Shown here in pieces: positions 18,311-28,456 of a DNA stretch of 64,000 nucleotides. Source of the DNA: Patescibacteria group bacterium (lineage in GTDB: Bacteria; Patescibacteriota; Minisyncoccia; Minisyncoccales; Staskawiczbacteraceae); the NCBI GenBank assembly GCA_018829965.1, contig JAHJTG010000005.1:49558-113557 (forward strand), in the 5' to 3' direction. The notes beneath the pieces are model-generated. The model saw only the letters and a program-made list of their open reading frames with translations, did no database searches and was not told where the DNA came from. Both the position numbers and the translations under genes were made by a program. Positions within the stretch are counted from its first letter, which is position 1. Every line of letters starts with the position of its first letter.

Positions 18311-19627
18311 TCATTCTGTTCTCTCGCCTAGGGTAACTTCCACTGTTTTTTCTTCTTTATCCCTTAGAATTTTTAAACTAACTTTATCATTGGGGCTATA
18401 CTTCATAATAATTTTAACCAAAGAATTGTCTTGAGTAATCTTCTCTCCATTTAATTCTAAAATTACATCTCCTTCTTTTATTCCTGCCTTATCAGCGGCA
18501 GAATCTTTTGTGATAGCGACTTCACCCTTCGTACCCTTAATAATCCATGCGCCACAATCAACTGGCAAGTTGTTCTTTGTTTTTATTTCCTCGTTAATCA
18601 ACACATAACGAATTCCTAAAAACGGGTAGGTAATCTTGTTTCCTTCTGCTACTTGCTCAATATCTCTTTTTGCCTTATTTATCGGTATTGTAAAACTGAT
18701 ATTTTGCGCTGACTCGGCTATAGCAGTATTAATTCCAATTACCTCGCCTTTTAAATTCAAAAGCGGTCCGCCAGAATTTCCGAGATTAATTGCTGCATCT
18801 GTTTGAATAATATCTTCTAATGTTTCTGAAAAATTAGAATTGGCGCCGCTAGAAGCATTAATTGTTCTTCCTAACCCAGATATTACACCAACTGAAACTG
18901 TATTTCTAAATTCACCCAAAGCATTCCCGATTGCAATTACCGTCTGTCCGATTTGTAAATTATCAGAGTCGCCTAATTTAACAATCGGAAACGGTTTTGT
19001 GTCTTTGCCAATATTAATCTTAATTATGGCTAAATCTTGAACTGGGTCTTTTGCCAAAACCTTTGCCGGATATTTCTTGCCATCGGTGGTAAAAATCGTG
19101 TATTCTGCGGCATCATCTAAAACCACGTGCTTATTTGTTAAAATCATACCATCTTCAGAAATAATAAAACCAGAACCACCGCCTATTTCTTTTTTCTCCG
19201 TCCCCTTTTGGCGATATTGTGGAATCTGAATTTGGAAATCAGGACCTAATCCATCAAAGGGGTTATAATAATATTCCTCCATAATCGGAACATCTTTTGA
19301 GATAACAATACTAACCACTGCTGGAGAATACTGCTTTACAGTGTTTATAATCGCCTGTTCTTGTGATGCTTGAGGAATATACTCTTTAATTTCTTGATTA
19401 TTTTTTTCAATAATAGAAGGTATGGTTAAACCTAATTTTTCTAAACTATCCTTAAAGTGGATATAAAAATAACCGCTAGAGATAGTACCGAAGATAAAAC
19501 CTAGAAAAGACGACAAAATCACCACCCATAAAATTAACCAAGCAAAACGATTTTTGGGAAGCCTTTTTAAATAATTTTTGATTTTTGAAAAATCTATTTT
19601 GAAGTTGAACTGCGGTATTTCGTACAT
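18311..19627 (-). CDS. HtrA/DegP-family serine protease with a C-terminal PDZ domain
   Basis: 438 aa with an N-terminal TM anchor, the GNSGGPLLN active-site motif and a PDZ-like C-terminus. Confidence 0.85.
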   Translation of the reverse strand: MYEIPQFNFKIDFSKIKNYLKRLPKNRFAWLILWVVILSSFLGFIFGTISSGYFYIHFKDSLEKLGLTIPSIIEKNNQEIKEYIPQASQEQAIINTVKQYSPAVVSIVISKDVPIMEEYYYNPFDGLGPDFQIQIPQYRQKGTEKKEIGGGSGFIISEDGMILTNKHVVLDDAAEYTIFTTDGKKYPAKVLAKDPVQDLAIIKINIGKDTKPFPIVKLGDSDNLQIGQTVIAIGNALGEFRNTVSVGVISGLGRTINASSGANSNFSETLEDIIQTDAAINLGNSGGPLLNLKGEVIGINTAIAESAQNISFTIPINKAKRDIEQVAEGNKITYPFLGIRYVLINEEIKTKNNLPVDCGAWIIKGTKGEVAITKDSAADKAGIKEGDVILELNGEKITQDNSLVKIIMKYSPNDKVSLKILRDKEEKTVEVTLGERTE

Positions 19628-19651
19628 AATTTTTAAAATGAAATCGTAATT

Positions 19652-20875
19652 CTAAAAACGACCGAATCTATACGGAAGCAATTTTTTATGTATCTCGCCT
19701 ATATTTTGCCTATACCATTCAAAAAAAAGATATTTAAAAACAAGGATTAATCTATTCTCTTTTTTAAATCTTCTCCATGAAATTAATAATGGTTGACTAT
19801 CCAATATCCTAAATTTACCAAAATTAGATGCCCTTTTAATATAATCAAAATCTTCTGCCATAATAATGCTCTCATCAAATAAAACCTTATTGTGAAGTTC
19901 TTTTAAAGCAAATAGGCAGAATCCGGGGCCCCTTGGATTATAATATTGGACAATTCTCAACCAGTTTTTATAAAATGCCGTGATAAATTTATCCGCTATT
20001 TTTTCGGTTGAAAAAATAAAATCTGCCACTGCGATAGAAAGCTTCTGCCGGACAAATAACTCCAAATTTTTATTGATAAAATTATTATCCGGCAAAACCA
20101 CATCTGCATCAAGAAACAAAATTATTTCACCCTTGGCTAAAGAAGCGCCATAATTTCTTGATTTAGAAATGCCCCTGACCTCCTTTTGCACTATTTTTAA
20201 CGGGAGCTGTGATTCAAAACCTTTTGCCACCTCTATTGTTTTGTCTTCGCTATGGTCATCAACAATTATAACTTCGAAATTCTTGTAGTCCTGTTTTTTT
20301 ATTGATTCCAGTAGTTTGCCGATATATTTTTCCTCGTTAAGGGCGGGTATTATTATTGAAATAAAGGGATTAGGGGATATAGAAATATTTGGATAATGCA
20401 TTTTATATAATTTCTTTTTGCAAAAAATAAAAAAATTCAAACGAAGAATGAGACACAGAGTAATTATTGATAATAAAATCGTTTGCGATGGGAAAAAACC
20501 CAACATAAGCAATCCTAAAAATCCGAGCATAATACTGTATATTTCAATATATATTTTATAATTACAGAACTCTTGCAGATAAACATCGCTGAGATATTTT
20601 TTATAAAACAGGTGAAGTGGCATTGCAAAGAAAAATACTGCTTGGAGCGAAATAATCCAAAGAAATGGTTTTGGCGTATTGATTATCAGAAAAACCAGAC
20701 AAAGTCCTATTATTGCGCAAAAAAATAGGACTGGAAGATTTATTCTTCTTTCTTTTTTAAAAAGATAATATCCTCCGTATAAAATATGAGCACAAAGCAA
20801 AAAGGTGCTTATTTTGAAAAATAGCAAATCCATTCCCGACATTTTAATTTTTATAATTTCTGCGAATATAAACAT
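19652..20875 (-). CDS. membrane-anchored family 2 glycosyltransferase
   Basis: 407 aa with N-terminal TM helices followed by IIIPALNEE…VIIVDDHSED…DAD (GT-A fold, DxD motif). Confidence 0.7.
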   Translation of the reverse strand: MFIFAEIIKIKMSGMDLLFFKISTFLLCAHILYGGYYLFKKERRINLPVLFFCAIIGLCLVFLIINTPKPFLWIISLQAVFFFAMPLHLFYKKYLSDVYLQEFCNYKIYIEIYSIMLGFLGLLMLGFFPSQTILLSIITLCLILRLNFFIFCKKKLYKMHYPNISISPNPFISIIIPALNEEKYIGKLLESIKKQDYKNFEVIIVDDHSEDKTIEVAKGFESQLPLKIVQKEVRGISKSRNYGASLAKGEIILFLDADVVLPDNNFINKNLELFVRQKLSIAVADFIFSTEKIADKFITAFYKNWLRIVQYYNPRGPGFCLFALKELHNKVLFDESIIMAEDFDYIKRASNFGKFRILDSQPLLISWRRFKKENRLILVFKYLFFEWYRQNIGEIHKKLLPYRFGRF

Positions 20876-20924
20876 TTTTTAAAAAGATTTTTATTTTCTC
20901 TCTTTTCTAATTTTAAATCCATTT

Positions 20925-21641
20925 TTAAATTTCGGAGTTGAAAAACTTTTTTATTTCTTTTTTTATTCTAAGCTTTATTATTGGGTCTCTTATTGACTCT
21001 AAAAAAAGCTTTGATACTTTAAACCACATTTTCGGATTTGTGCCGAATTTACTTTTGCCGCATCTTTTTAAGTTTGGGATTGTTACTTCTTTTATTTTAA
21101 ACTCCGCTTTTATTGCCTTGATATTCATCTCTGTTTCTATCTCAAAAGCATTGCTTTTCAAATCTAACTTATCCCAATCTTTCTTCTTTATTGCTCGAAA
21201 ACCAGCTAAGGGGTCAGAAACTTTAAAATTGACTAAGTAAAAATGATAAGTAAAAATTTTATAAAATTTAAAAAATCCTCTCATCATCGAGTAATCTTCT
21301 TTCATTTTTTTTTCAGAACGGCAGCCTAAAATAAGATTAGCGGTTTTAATTTTTTTTAATAATTTAGGAATATATTCTCCGGGGTCAGTGCCATCGCCAT
21401 CCATAAATATTAGAATATCTCCCTTACTTTCTTTGACGCCTTTTCTCATCTGCCATCCCTTACCCTTCCTTTTTACTCTTATCACTTTTGCCCCTAATTT
21501 TTCTGCGATAATCGGAGTATAATCATTAGAGACATCTACCACTATCACTTCTGACTTTTTTCTGATTTCTTTTGGGATAGAACAAATCGTTTTTGCAATT
21601 CCCTCCTCTTCATTTAATGTTGGGATAATAATAGATAACAT
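20925..21641 (-). CDS. family 2 glycosyltransferase (dolichyl/polyprenyl-phosphate sugar transferase-like)
   Basis: 238 aa with MLSIIIPTLNEEEGI…VIVVDVSND…FMDGDG. Confidence 0.75.
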   Translation of the reverse strand: MLSIIIPTLNEEEGIAKTICSIPKEIRKKSEVIVVDVSNDYTPIIAEKLGAKVIRVKRKGKGWQMRKGVKESKGDILIFMDGDGTDPGEYIPKLLKKIKTANLILGCRSEKKMKEDYSMMRGFFKFYKIFTYHFYLVNFKVSDPLAGFRAIKKKDWDKLDLKSNAFEIETEMNIKAIKAEFKIKEVTIPNLKRCGKSKFGTNPKMWFKVSKLFLESIRDPIIKLRIKKEIKKFFNSEI

Positions 21642-21681
21642 AGAAATAATTTTTAACTAATTTATAATAGAGAGAGTAGCC

Positions 21682-22587
21682 TTAATAAATACCCAATATC
21701 GCTAATCCAAGGACTATAAGTAATATTGAGATTATTTTTTTGATAATTAAACCTTTTGATATCCCCTCTTTTAAAATTTTAGGATAAAAATATGAAAAGA
21801 ATAAAGTTATCAAAAAAAGAAAAACGTATTGAATTCCTCTTAAAGAATTTACAATTGGCAAAAAAGATATTGGAGCCAAAAATATAGAGAAGCTTTGAAG
21901 AAAGTTCGCTATTCCACCAGATGCTTGTCCGCAGAAAAACATAATTCTTGTTTTCCCTATTAATAAATTTTGTTTTCTAAATATTTCTTTTCTAAAATTA
22001 GAATTGAGGACAAAAAATAAAACGAACATAAAGCTAAATATCCTCATCCAGATGAACCCTTGCAGAAACGGCTGATTCAAAAAGACAAATTTAGAAAAAA
22101 TATATTCTAAAGAAAACATTAAGGCTGCAAAAAGGGTGATTTTTAAATAATTCCTTGATATTTTAATGTTCTTTTCAAATGATATAATACTACTCCCTAT
22201 CAATAATATAATGAAGGCTAAAAGATCTGTACCTTTTAATGATTGATTGCTCCAGAATATAAATGTCAAAATAAAAATAAATATCGGCTGGACAGCTCCA
22301 ATAGTTGGTATAACCCTAGAAACATCAAATCTTTCCAGGGCGACAAACATAGAATATAAGCCAACTATAAAAACAATGGCCTCCATAATTATCCAAGGCA
22401 AAGATGCGATATTAGGTAGACCGAAATTAGCAAATGGTATCAATAAAACTACTAATATATTCAAAACTCCTATATAAAAAACATAAGATTTCGGCTGCGG
22501 CGGTCCGCTTAAAACTAACTTATCTGCTAAAGAAGCTATACTAAAAAACAAACAAGCTAAAATTATTATCGGAATCCAGTATGCCAT
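21682..22587 (-). CDS. polytopic membrane protein, EamA/DMT-like transporter
   Basis: 301 aa with about 10 predicted TM helices arranged as two repeated halves. It lies in the glycosyltransferase cluster. Confidence 0.45.
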   Translation of the reverse strand: MAYWIPIIILACLFFSIASLADKLVLSGPPQPKSYVFYIGVLNILVVLLIPFANFGLPNIASLPWIIMEAIVFIVGLYSMFVALERFDVSRVIPTIGAVQPIFIFILTFIFWSNQSLKGTDLLAFIILLIGSSIISFEKNIKISRNYLKITLFAALMFSLEYIFSKFVFLNQPFLQGFIWMRIFSFMFVLFFVLNSNFRKEIFRKQNLLIGKTRIMFFCGQASGGIANFLQSFSIFLAPISFLPIVNSLRGIQYVFLFLITLFFSYFYPKILKEGISKGLIIKKIISILLIVLGLAILGIY

Positions 22588-22609
22588 AATTTTTATATCT
22601 ATTTAAAGC

Positions 22610-23476
22610 CTAATTATCAATTAAAGAATTAACAATTAAACTTGAGATATCAACATTAACACCATTGCACTTTATAGTGTTTGTCAAAAACAACTCGTCG
22701 TAAATGTTATTTATTTTATCTACGCCACTCTGGAGTACTCCGTGGGTAATCATAGCGATTGTCTTCAAAGCGCCAAAATCTTTACATTTTTTGTGGACAC
22801 AAACCATTGTGCCACCGGTCTCAACCATATCATCAATTACGCCAACTATCTTTCCCTTAATGTCTTTTTCGAAATTTTTATCGCAAGATATTTCTATATC
22901 ATATGAATTTTTTCGCTTTTTTATAAATCCAGGTAAATTATTTCTTCTAGCCGACCCAGCATCAGGAGCAATAAAAAATACCTCTGGATATTTGTCAGAA
23001 ACGGCTTTCTTAAGAATACCGACACCAGATATGTGCTCTATAGGATATTTACTAACCCAATCTTTGCCTTTAAAATGAGTGTCAACGATGTATATTTTTT
23101 TCACTCCATAGATATTAATCCATTTTTTAATTAAAACTTCGGCAGCGTTTATTTCACCGTTTTTGAATACTGAATCTTGCCTTCCATATGGAAAATAGGT
23201 GATAAAAAGCTCAACTGGATTCATCCGCCTATCTTTTAATAAATTTAGTACAAACTCTAACTCTACAAGACCATCGTTTGGATTAGGAGCACCGGAATGC
23301 AGAACGACTATCTTTCTTTTACAAAGTTTTCCAAGATTTACATATACCTCTCCATCTGGAAAATATCTTTGGCTATTTTTATTCTTTCCTATGTAATGGA
23401 TATGAAAATCCGGATTTTTTGATAAAATCCTAGCGATATGCTCTGAATTTAAGGTTGGGATAAGGTCTATCTTCAT
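22610..23476 (-). CDS. prs: ribose-phosphate pyrophosphokinase (PRPP synthetase)-like
   Basis: 288 aa with N-terminal FPDGEVYVNL and the PRPP-binding loop GKIVGVIDDMVETGGTM. Confidence 0.7.
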   Translation of the reverse strand: MKIDLIPTLNSEHIARILSKNPDFHIHYIGKNKNSQRYFPDGEVYVNLGKLCKRKIVVLHSGAPNPNDGLVELEFVLNLLKDRRMNPVELFITYFPYGRQDSVFKNGEINAAEVLIKKWINIYGVKKIYIVDTHFKGKDWVSKYPIEHISGVGILKKAVSDKYPEVFFIAPDAGSARRNNLPGFIKKRKNSYDIEISCDKNFEKDIKGKIVGVIDDMVETGGTMVCVHKKCKDFGALKTIAMITHGVLQSGVDKINNIYDELFLTNTIKCNGVNVDISSLIVNSLIDN

Positions 23477-24471
23477 TATTTTAAAAACAACTTTTTTGCT
23501 TCATTCCATATTTCTGGCTGATTTTGTTTATCTTTTAACCAATACCACCACTCTGCTCCCCAAAGATAAAAAGTATCTAAACCAGTCTTTTTAGCAAATT
23601 CAATATTATATTTAAACTTTTCCAGGTCCATTGTTTTTGTTTGTTCTTTTAATGACAAACTATATAAAAGCACTGGTCCCCACGGTTCGGCTTGCAACTC
23701 TACACATTGTACTTCTTTCCCGAATAACATATTTATTAATTTTGCCCTCCACCAATAATATAGAGGAGGGAACGGCGCATGAAAATAAATACCCAATTCT
23801 TTCGACCAAACATTTTTATACATGGTTGTTCCGACTATATCCCCTATTTTTGCCGGTTTTAGCCAAAAAGAAAATTCTCCTGTGTCTGAAATTATAATTG
23901 GTTTTTTGCTGTCAAGCGATTTTACTAAAACAACTTCTTTTTTTAGAAAATTTATATCAACCTTAGGGCATTCGCCAAAGGGAAAAAATGGTTCGTTCTC
24001 AACCTGCCATGAAATAACTGATAGAGAATTTTTATACCTTTGGACTATTTTTTCAAGATATTTTAATATCTCTTGCTCTCTTTCTTCTTTTGATAAAGAA
24101 CTTGCCCAATCGGGGATATGACATTCGGGCCAACGACCAGTTTTCATGCCAATTACCATTATAATTTTTACATTATGTTTTTCTGCCTCTTTTATTTGCC
24201 AATCAACATCATCAAAGTAGTAGTCTTCTTTCTTACCATTAATCCAATCCCAGGAAATAACCAATTTAAGGTTTTTTACACCAAGGTCTTCAATGAGCGC
24301 TGAATAAGCCTTTTTCCAATCAAGTTTTAAATTTTCTGTATGCATCTGGGAAAAATTCACTCCCCAAAGAATTTCTTTCTGTTGTGGTCCACGACCCAAG
24401 AAAAAATAAACGACAAAAACTATAAATAAAAAAATTGAAATTGAAACAATCATTTTTGTTCTTTTTTTCAT
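23476..24471 (-). CDS. membrane-anchored glycoside hydrolase, clan GH-A (GH5-like TIM barrel)
   Basis: 331 aa with an N-terminal TM helix and a WQVENEP motif (NEP catalytic acid/base). Its stop overlaps the prs start. Confidence 0.5.
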   Translation of the reverse strand: MKKRTKMIVSISIFLFIVFVVYFFLGRGPQQKEILWGVNFSQMHTENLKLDWKKAYSALIEDLGVKNLKLVISWDWINGKKEDYYFDDVDWQIKEAEKHNVKIIMVIGMKTGRWPECHIPDWASSLSKEEREQEILKYLEKIVQRYKNSLSVISWQVENEPFFPFGECPKVDINFLKKEVVLVKSLDSKKPIIISDTGEFSFWLKPAKIGDIVGTTMYKNVWSKELGIYFHAPFPPLYYWWRAKLINMLFGKEVQCVELQAEPWGPVLLYSLSLKEQTKTMDLEKFKYNIEFAKKTGLDTFYLWGAEWWYWLKDKQNQPEIWNEAKKLFLK

Positions 24472-24494
24472 TATTTATTAGAAATAATTTTTTC

Positions 24495-24645
24495 TACCTT
24501 CGCACTAATTTTGCGACAAAAATTTATTATCATTTTAAGAATCTTTAAATATTAATTTTCGTGGTGGCGTGCTTCGCCCAACAAAGGATGTGCTATCCGC
24601 ACACGCACGCCACAAAAAATTCTACGGCAAAATTAGTGCGGAGTT
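24495..24645. repeat. GC-rich nested-hairpin element sharing the motif TTGTTGGGCGAAGCA (reverse-complemented here) with loci 49376 and 10960
   Basis: Outer stem CGCACTAATTTTGC/GCAAAATTAGTGCG and inner stem GTGGCGTGC/GCACGCCAC; the core contains CTTCGCCCAACAAAGGATG. Confidence 0.4.
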
Positions 24646-25970
24646 TCAATCGCTATCGCTCGCTCAATATTATAAGTTCCCATTTTTTCTATTTCTACAA
24701 ATCCCTGCATAGCCATTTCAGCTAATGTCCCTCCTTCTAACAAATCAGTGAGCCATTCGTCAGTATGATTCGGATTTTCCTGGATAAACCCTGCACCTAC
24801 GTGTAAAAGCCATTTTTTATTAAAATCCTCTTGAGAGCCAATTGATGGAGCAATAATAATTGGGATGCCTAACCCTGCATAAAATGAAAGTTCCGACGGT
24901 TTTGTCCAAAGAATATCTGTTTTTCTTAATTTTTGATTAAATTCTGTAAAATAATTATTTATGTTATCTTTAAAAATTATTTCGATATTTCTATTAATCT
25001 CTTCTTTTAATCCAATAGTTTCAAGATTTTCTAAAAGATAATTTTTAACATTCTCTTTAATACCGGCAGAAAATATTAGCTTTATTTTGCCTGTCTGTAT
25101 CTTTTGTTTTAAACTTTTTGCTATTTTCACACCCATCTCTTTCTGTGCCCCCGCTCCGCCTATCGAAAACATTATAGTCAAAGGATGGTTTGATTTCTCC
25201 GGCAATTTACCGATATAGTCTTCTATCACGGGGTGGTACATTTTATAATATTCTCCTTTTGGGTCAAGATTTAGAAGTCGATGCGCTAAATCTTCTTTTA
25301 CAATTTCCATTTCTTCAGTACCAATATTTTCCTTAGGCATAGGATAGCCGGTTAAAAATATGTTTTCTTTTCTTATGCCGTAAAGCTTCAACCTTTCAAA
25401 TGTCCAAGAGTTAGGAGTAAAATATTTTATTCTACTCTCGAATGGTTTTAAAGAAGCCCAAGGACGAGCAATATCAGCATCACAAATAACGCAATAAATA
25501 TCATTCGGATATTTAAATTCCTCTGCCATAAAAGCAGGGGCAAAGAATGTACTAATAATAGGTAAAGGATTGCCAGCTAACGTTTTAATCAAGTTTTCTC
25601 CCCATCCTTTTCTAATTAGAGAAAATACAACCTTAAGACTAGCATTGGGTCTAGATAAATCTCTTTTAGGATAATAGTTAAAGATTTTCTGGAATTTATT
25701 GAAAATAGCAAAAGCCCAATTACCAATTATTGGGATTCGTTTGATATTTGAAATAAATTCATAAAAACCTCTACTATATTCCCAAATCTTCTTATCTTTT
25801 TCCGGAATACCATCGTAAGTATTAGCATTAATAATACTATTGGCACTTAAATCTTTTAATGGATACGCAGTCCTCTGGTGTCCGTAACCCATATTAACTG
25901 AAATTATCCAAGCCCTCCCAATTTTTCCTTCGGAAAATTTAGGTGGGTAAACTTTGTTTGTTTGATTCAT
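24633..25970 (-). CDS. GT28-family glycosyltransferase (MGDG synthase / UgtP / MurG-like)
   Basis: 445 aa with an N-terminal ISVNMGYGHQRTAYPL motif resembling the GGGH loop of the MGDG-synthase N-terminal domain. Confidence 0.5.
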   Translation of the reverse strand: MNQTNKVYPPKFSEGKIGRAWIISVNMGYGHQRTAYPLKDLSANSIINANTYDGIPEKDKKIWEYSRGFYEFISNIKRIPIIGNWAFAIFNKFQKIFNYYPKRDLSRPNASLKVVFSLIRKGWGENLIKTLAGNPLPIISTFFAPAFMAEEFKYPNDIYCVICDADIARPWASLKPFESRIKYFTPNSWTFERLKLYGIRKENIFLTGYPMPKENIGTEEMEIVKEDLAHRLLNLDPKGEYYKMYHPVIEDYIGKLPEKSNHPLTIMFSIGGAGAQKEMGVKIAKSLKQKIQTGKIKLIFSAGIKENVKNYLLENLETIGLKEEINRNIEIIFKDNINNYFTEFNQKLRKTDILWTKPSELSFYAGLGIPIIIAPSIGSQEDFNKKWLLHVGAGFIQENPNHTDEWLTDLLEGGTLAEMAMQGFVEIEKMGTYNIERAIAIETPH

Positions 25971-26067
25971 AGGATATTTTTATTTAGAATTTAGAGTATA
26001 GAATTAAGGAGCTAAGCTCCTTTTAGGATTTTGGAATTAGAAATTAGTCATTTATTCTATTATAATT

Positions 26068-26156
26068 GTGAATGAGGAAAAAGTAAAAGAATAAATTCTT
26101 TTACTTTGACCGAACGAGACAATTATATGAATATGTGAATATTTCACATATTCATA
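26068..26156. promoter_or_regulatory. conserved upstream element, copy 2, upstream of the GT28-like gene
   Basis: GTGAATGAGGAAAAAGTAAAAG, hairpin AAGTAAAAGAAT/ATTCTTTTACTT, TTGACCGAACG, then palindrome ATGAATATGTGAA/TTCACATATTCAT. Same order as copy 1. Confidence 0.35.
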
Positions 26157-26160
26157 TACA

Positions 26161-26406
26161 TCAATAATCCAAAAACTTTAATCTTTCTCTTTTCTTAAGC
26201 CAAACTACAAAGATGCTTAATAGAAGATATAAAATTATTAGCCAGCTCCAATGAACGTTTTCAACTGATTTTATCGCCCACGGCTGGGAAAAAATATCTA
26301 TCACTTTTAATATATAAACAATTAAAAACCAACAAGGCCAAATAAAAATCCAACCCAAAGCACCCCAAATTGTGCTTAAAATTCCAAATATGAAACCAAG
26401 AATCAT
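26161..26406 (-). CDS. hypothetical small membrane protein
   Basis: 81 aa with two hydrophobic helices. Confidence 0.35.
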   Translation of the reverse strand: MILGFIFGILSTIWGALGWIFIWPCWFLIVYILKVIDIFSQPWAIKSVENVHWSWLIILYLLLSIFVVWLKKRERLKFLDY

Positions 26407-26409
26407 TAC

Positions 26410-27669
26410 TCAGTCAACAATCGGCACAACTAAGATATTAGTTATGGGAGCAATTAAAGAAATCTGGCCAAAGTTATAAATTAAAATCGGCAAAGTAAAA
26501 ATTTGCGCAGACAAAGTAGCAGAAATAATACTCCTTAAATTTATAAATTTTTCTTGCGGGATAAATTTTAAAAAACTTTCAATCGGTTTTGACAATAAAA
26601 CAATACCCAATATTGCTAAAAAAGAGAGCTGGAAGCCAATATTCCACCTTAAAAGCATTGGATTTAATAAAAGCATAATCGTAGCGGTAATTACTATCGC
26701 GCGAGTGCTTGTTGATAATCTGCCAAACTTTTGAGCTAAAAGCATAATTGCGCCCATAATTCCGGCTCTTACAACCGAAGGTTGAAATCCAATCATTGCG
26801 ACAAAAAGAAATATGAAAATTACTGTCAAATAAAAGGCTTGGTTTCTCCAAAGGCCAATACCTAAAAATAAACTCATTAATACGCTACATATAATTGCAA
26901 CGTTCATTCCCGATATAGCGGTTATATGGCGAAGACCAGTGGTATTTAATTTCTCTTTAAATTCTTCCGAAAAACTAGCTTGGTCCCCTAAAAGTATTCC
27001 TGAAAGCAACTTGCTTTCTGTAAAAGAGAAGTTTTGATTAATATTTTCCCTGATTTTATTCTTAAATTTCAAAATTTGGCCGTAGCTAAATTGCCAGAAG
27101 TTTGAATAGTCTTCTTTTGCAAATAACTCTATTTCTGGCCAATCTATTAAAGAAAAAATTCCTTTTTTAGCTAAATAATCCTTATAATCAAAGCCTTCAA
27201 ATTGTTGCGGTGTTTTTAATAACCCTTTAATTAATATAACATCAGCATAATTATATCCCGGATATTTATTCGTCTTTATCAAAACCTTGCCAGAAACTGG
27301 AAAAACTTCATTCTTAATCAATATTTTCTCAGTACTAATAACCAATTGAACGGTGTTTTCCCTTACATCTGGTTCGGTTAAAATCTTGCCTGCTAAAATA
27401 ATTTCTTTGTCATTGTACTGCCTTAATCCGCTATCTTTAAGACGAATATTTGCTATTTGATAACGCCAAACACCGAATAATACAAAAATCAGACAGAAAC
27501 TAATTACTATAATTATTTTGTTTCCCTTTAAAAAAGAAACTGAAATCGCAAACACTCCTAGAAATAAAAGCCCCGACAAATAAAGTTGGGGTATAAAAAT
27601 TAGAGAACCAACAAAAATTCCTGCGATTAAACTTAAACAAAAATAGAAAAGTATTTTTGACGGAGTCAT
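26410..27669 (-). CDS. comEC: ComEC/Rec2-family DNA internalization channel (membrane core only)
   Basis: 419 aa, polytopic, with TAISGMNVAIICSV matching the ComEC competence-domain motif (HxxAISGxH). Confidence 0.6.
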   Translation of the reverse strand: MTPSKILFYFCLSLIAGIFVGSLIFIPQLYLSGLLFLGVFAISVSFLKGNKIIIVISFCLIFVLFGVWRYQIANIRLKDSGLRQYNDKEIILAGKILTEPDVRENTVQLVISTEKILIKNEVFPVSGKVLIKTNKYPGYNYADVILIKGLLKTPQQFEGFDYKDYLAKKGIFSLIDWPEIELFAKEDYSNFWQFSYGQILKFKNKIRENINQNFSFTESKLLSGILLGDQASFSEEFKEKLNTTGLRHITAISGMNVAIICSVLMSLFLGIGLWRNQAFYLTVIFIFLFVAMIGFQPSVVRAGIMGAIMLLAQKFGRLSTSTRAIVITATIMLLLNPMLLRWNIGFQLSFLAILGIVLLSKPIESFLKFIPQEKFINLRSIISATLSAQIFTLPILIYNFGQISLIAPITNILVVPIVD

Positions 27670-27717
27670 TTCATTCTTTTATACTTGATAAGACTGCCAT
27701 GGCATTGATACCGAGTA

Positions 27718-28446
27718 TTAACGAATTTCACAGATTTTAAAAAACGGGGATATTTCTTTTTTGACAGAAATTAACCATTCTTCGGGGTATGGCTTTATTT
27801 TTTCAAAACTGGAATCAATTGTTTTTTCCGGACGAAAGTTTTGTAAATAATATTTAACATTTGTTCCTCCTATCCATTTTGCAATTTCTAAGAAATCTTC
27901 TTTTTTATTAACAGTCGGCACCGCCGTCGTCCTGAATTCAAAGTCAATTTTCCCTTTTCTTAATATCTCAACACTTTTTTTAATCTCCTTTTCGTATTTT
28001 TGGATTTGGGATTTGGGGGTTTTTTGGGATTTAGGATTTAGGATTTGGGATTTAAACACCAAAGGGGTTTTGATATCCATCGCCACATAATCTATCAACT
28101 TCTTGTCTATTAATTTTTCTAACATTTCTGGATTTGAACCATTAGTATCTAATTTCACTAAAAAACCCATTTTTTTTATTTTCTTTATAAGCTCTGGTAA
28201 ATCTTTATTCATACTCGGCTCTCCTCCGCAGATCACAACTCCTTCTAACAATCCCTTTCTGCTTTCTAAAAAATCAAAAACTTCCTTCTCTGTTATTCTT
28301 GGTTGTTTTTTTATTTTTTCCGGTAAAACCAATTCTGGGGAATAGCACCATGGGCAAAAAAAATTGCAACCGGAAATAAAAACCGTGCAAGCTAACTTGC
28401 CCGGAAAATCAATGAGAGTATTTTTTTGTAACCCTCCAATTATCAT
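27718..28446 (-). CDS. nrdG: anaerobic ribonucleotide reductase activating protein (radical SAM)
   Basis: 242 aa with CNFFCPWC (CxxxCxxC), directly downstream of nrdD. It carries an in-frame heptamer-repeat insert (…FKSQILNPKSQKTPKSQIQK…). Confidence 0.8.
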   Translation of the reverse strand: MIIGGLQKNTLIDFPGKLACTVFISGCNFFCPWCYSPELVLPEKIKKQPRITEKEVFDFLESRKGLLEGVVICGGEPSMNKDLPELIKKIKKMGFLVKLDTNGSNPEMLEKLIDKKLIDYVAMDIKTPLVFKSQILNPKSQKTPKSQIQKYEKEIKKSVEILRKGKIDFEFRTTAVPTVNKKEDFLEIAKWIGGTNVKYYLQNFRPEKTIDSSFEKIKPYPEEWLISVKKEISPFFKICEIR

Positions 28447-28456
28447 ATTAAGTTAT

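Noticed and set aside
26579-26851. 90-aa minus-strand ORF inside comEC
   Set aside because: Alternative frame nested entirely within the ComEC ORF, with no independent support.
27990-28060. Possible CRISPR array from repeated GATTTGGGATTTAGG units
   Set aside because: Units are 7-8 nt with no unique spacers, lie in-frame inside genes and translate cleanly. This is not CRISPR.
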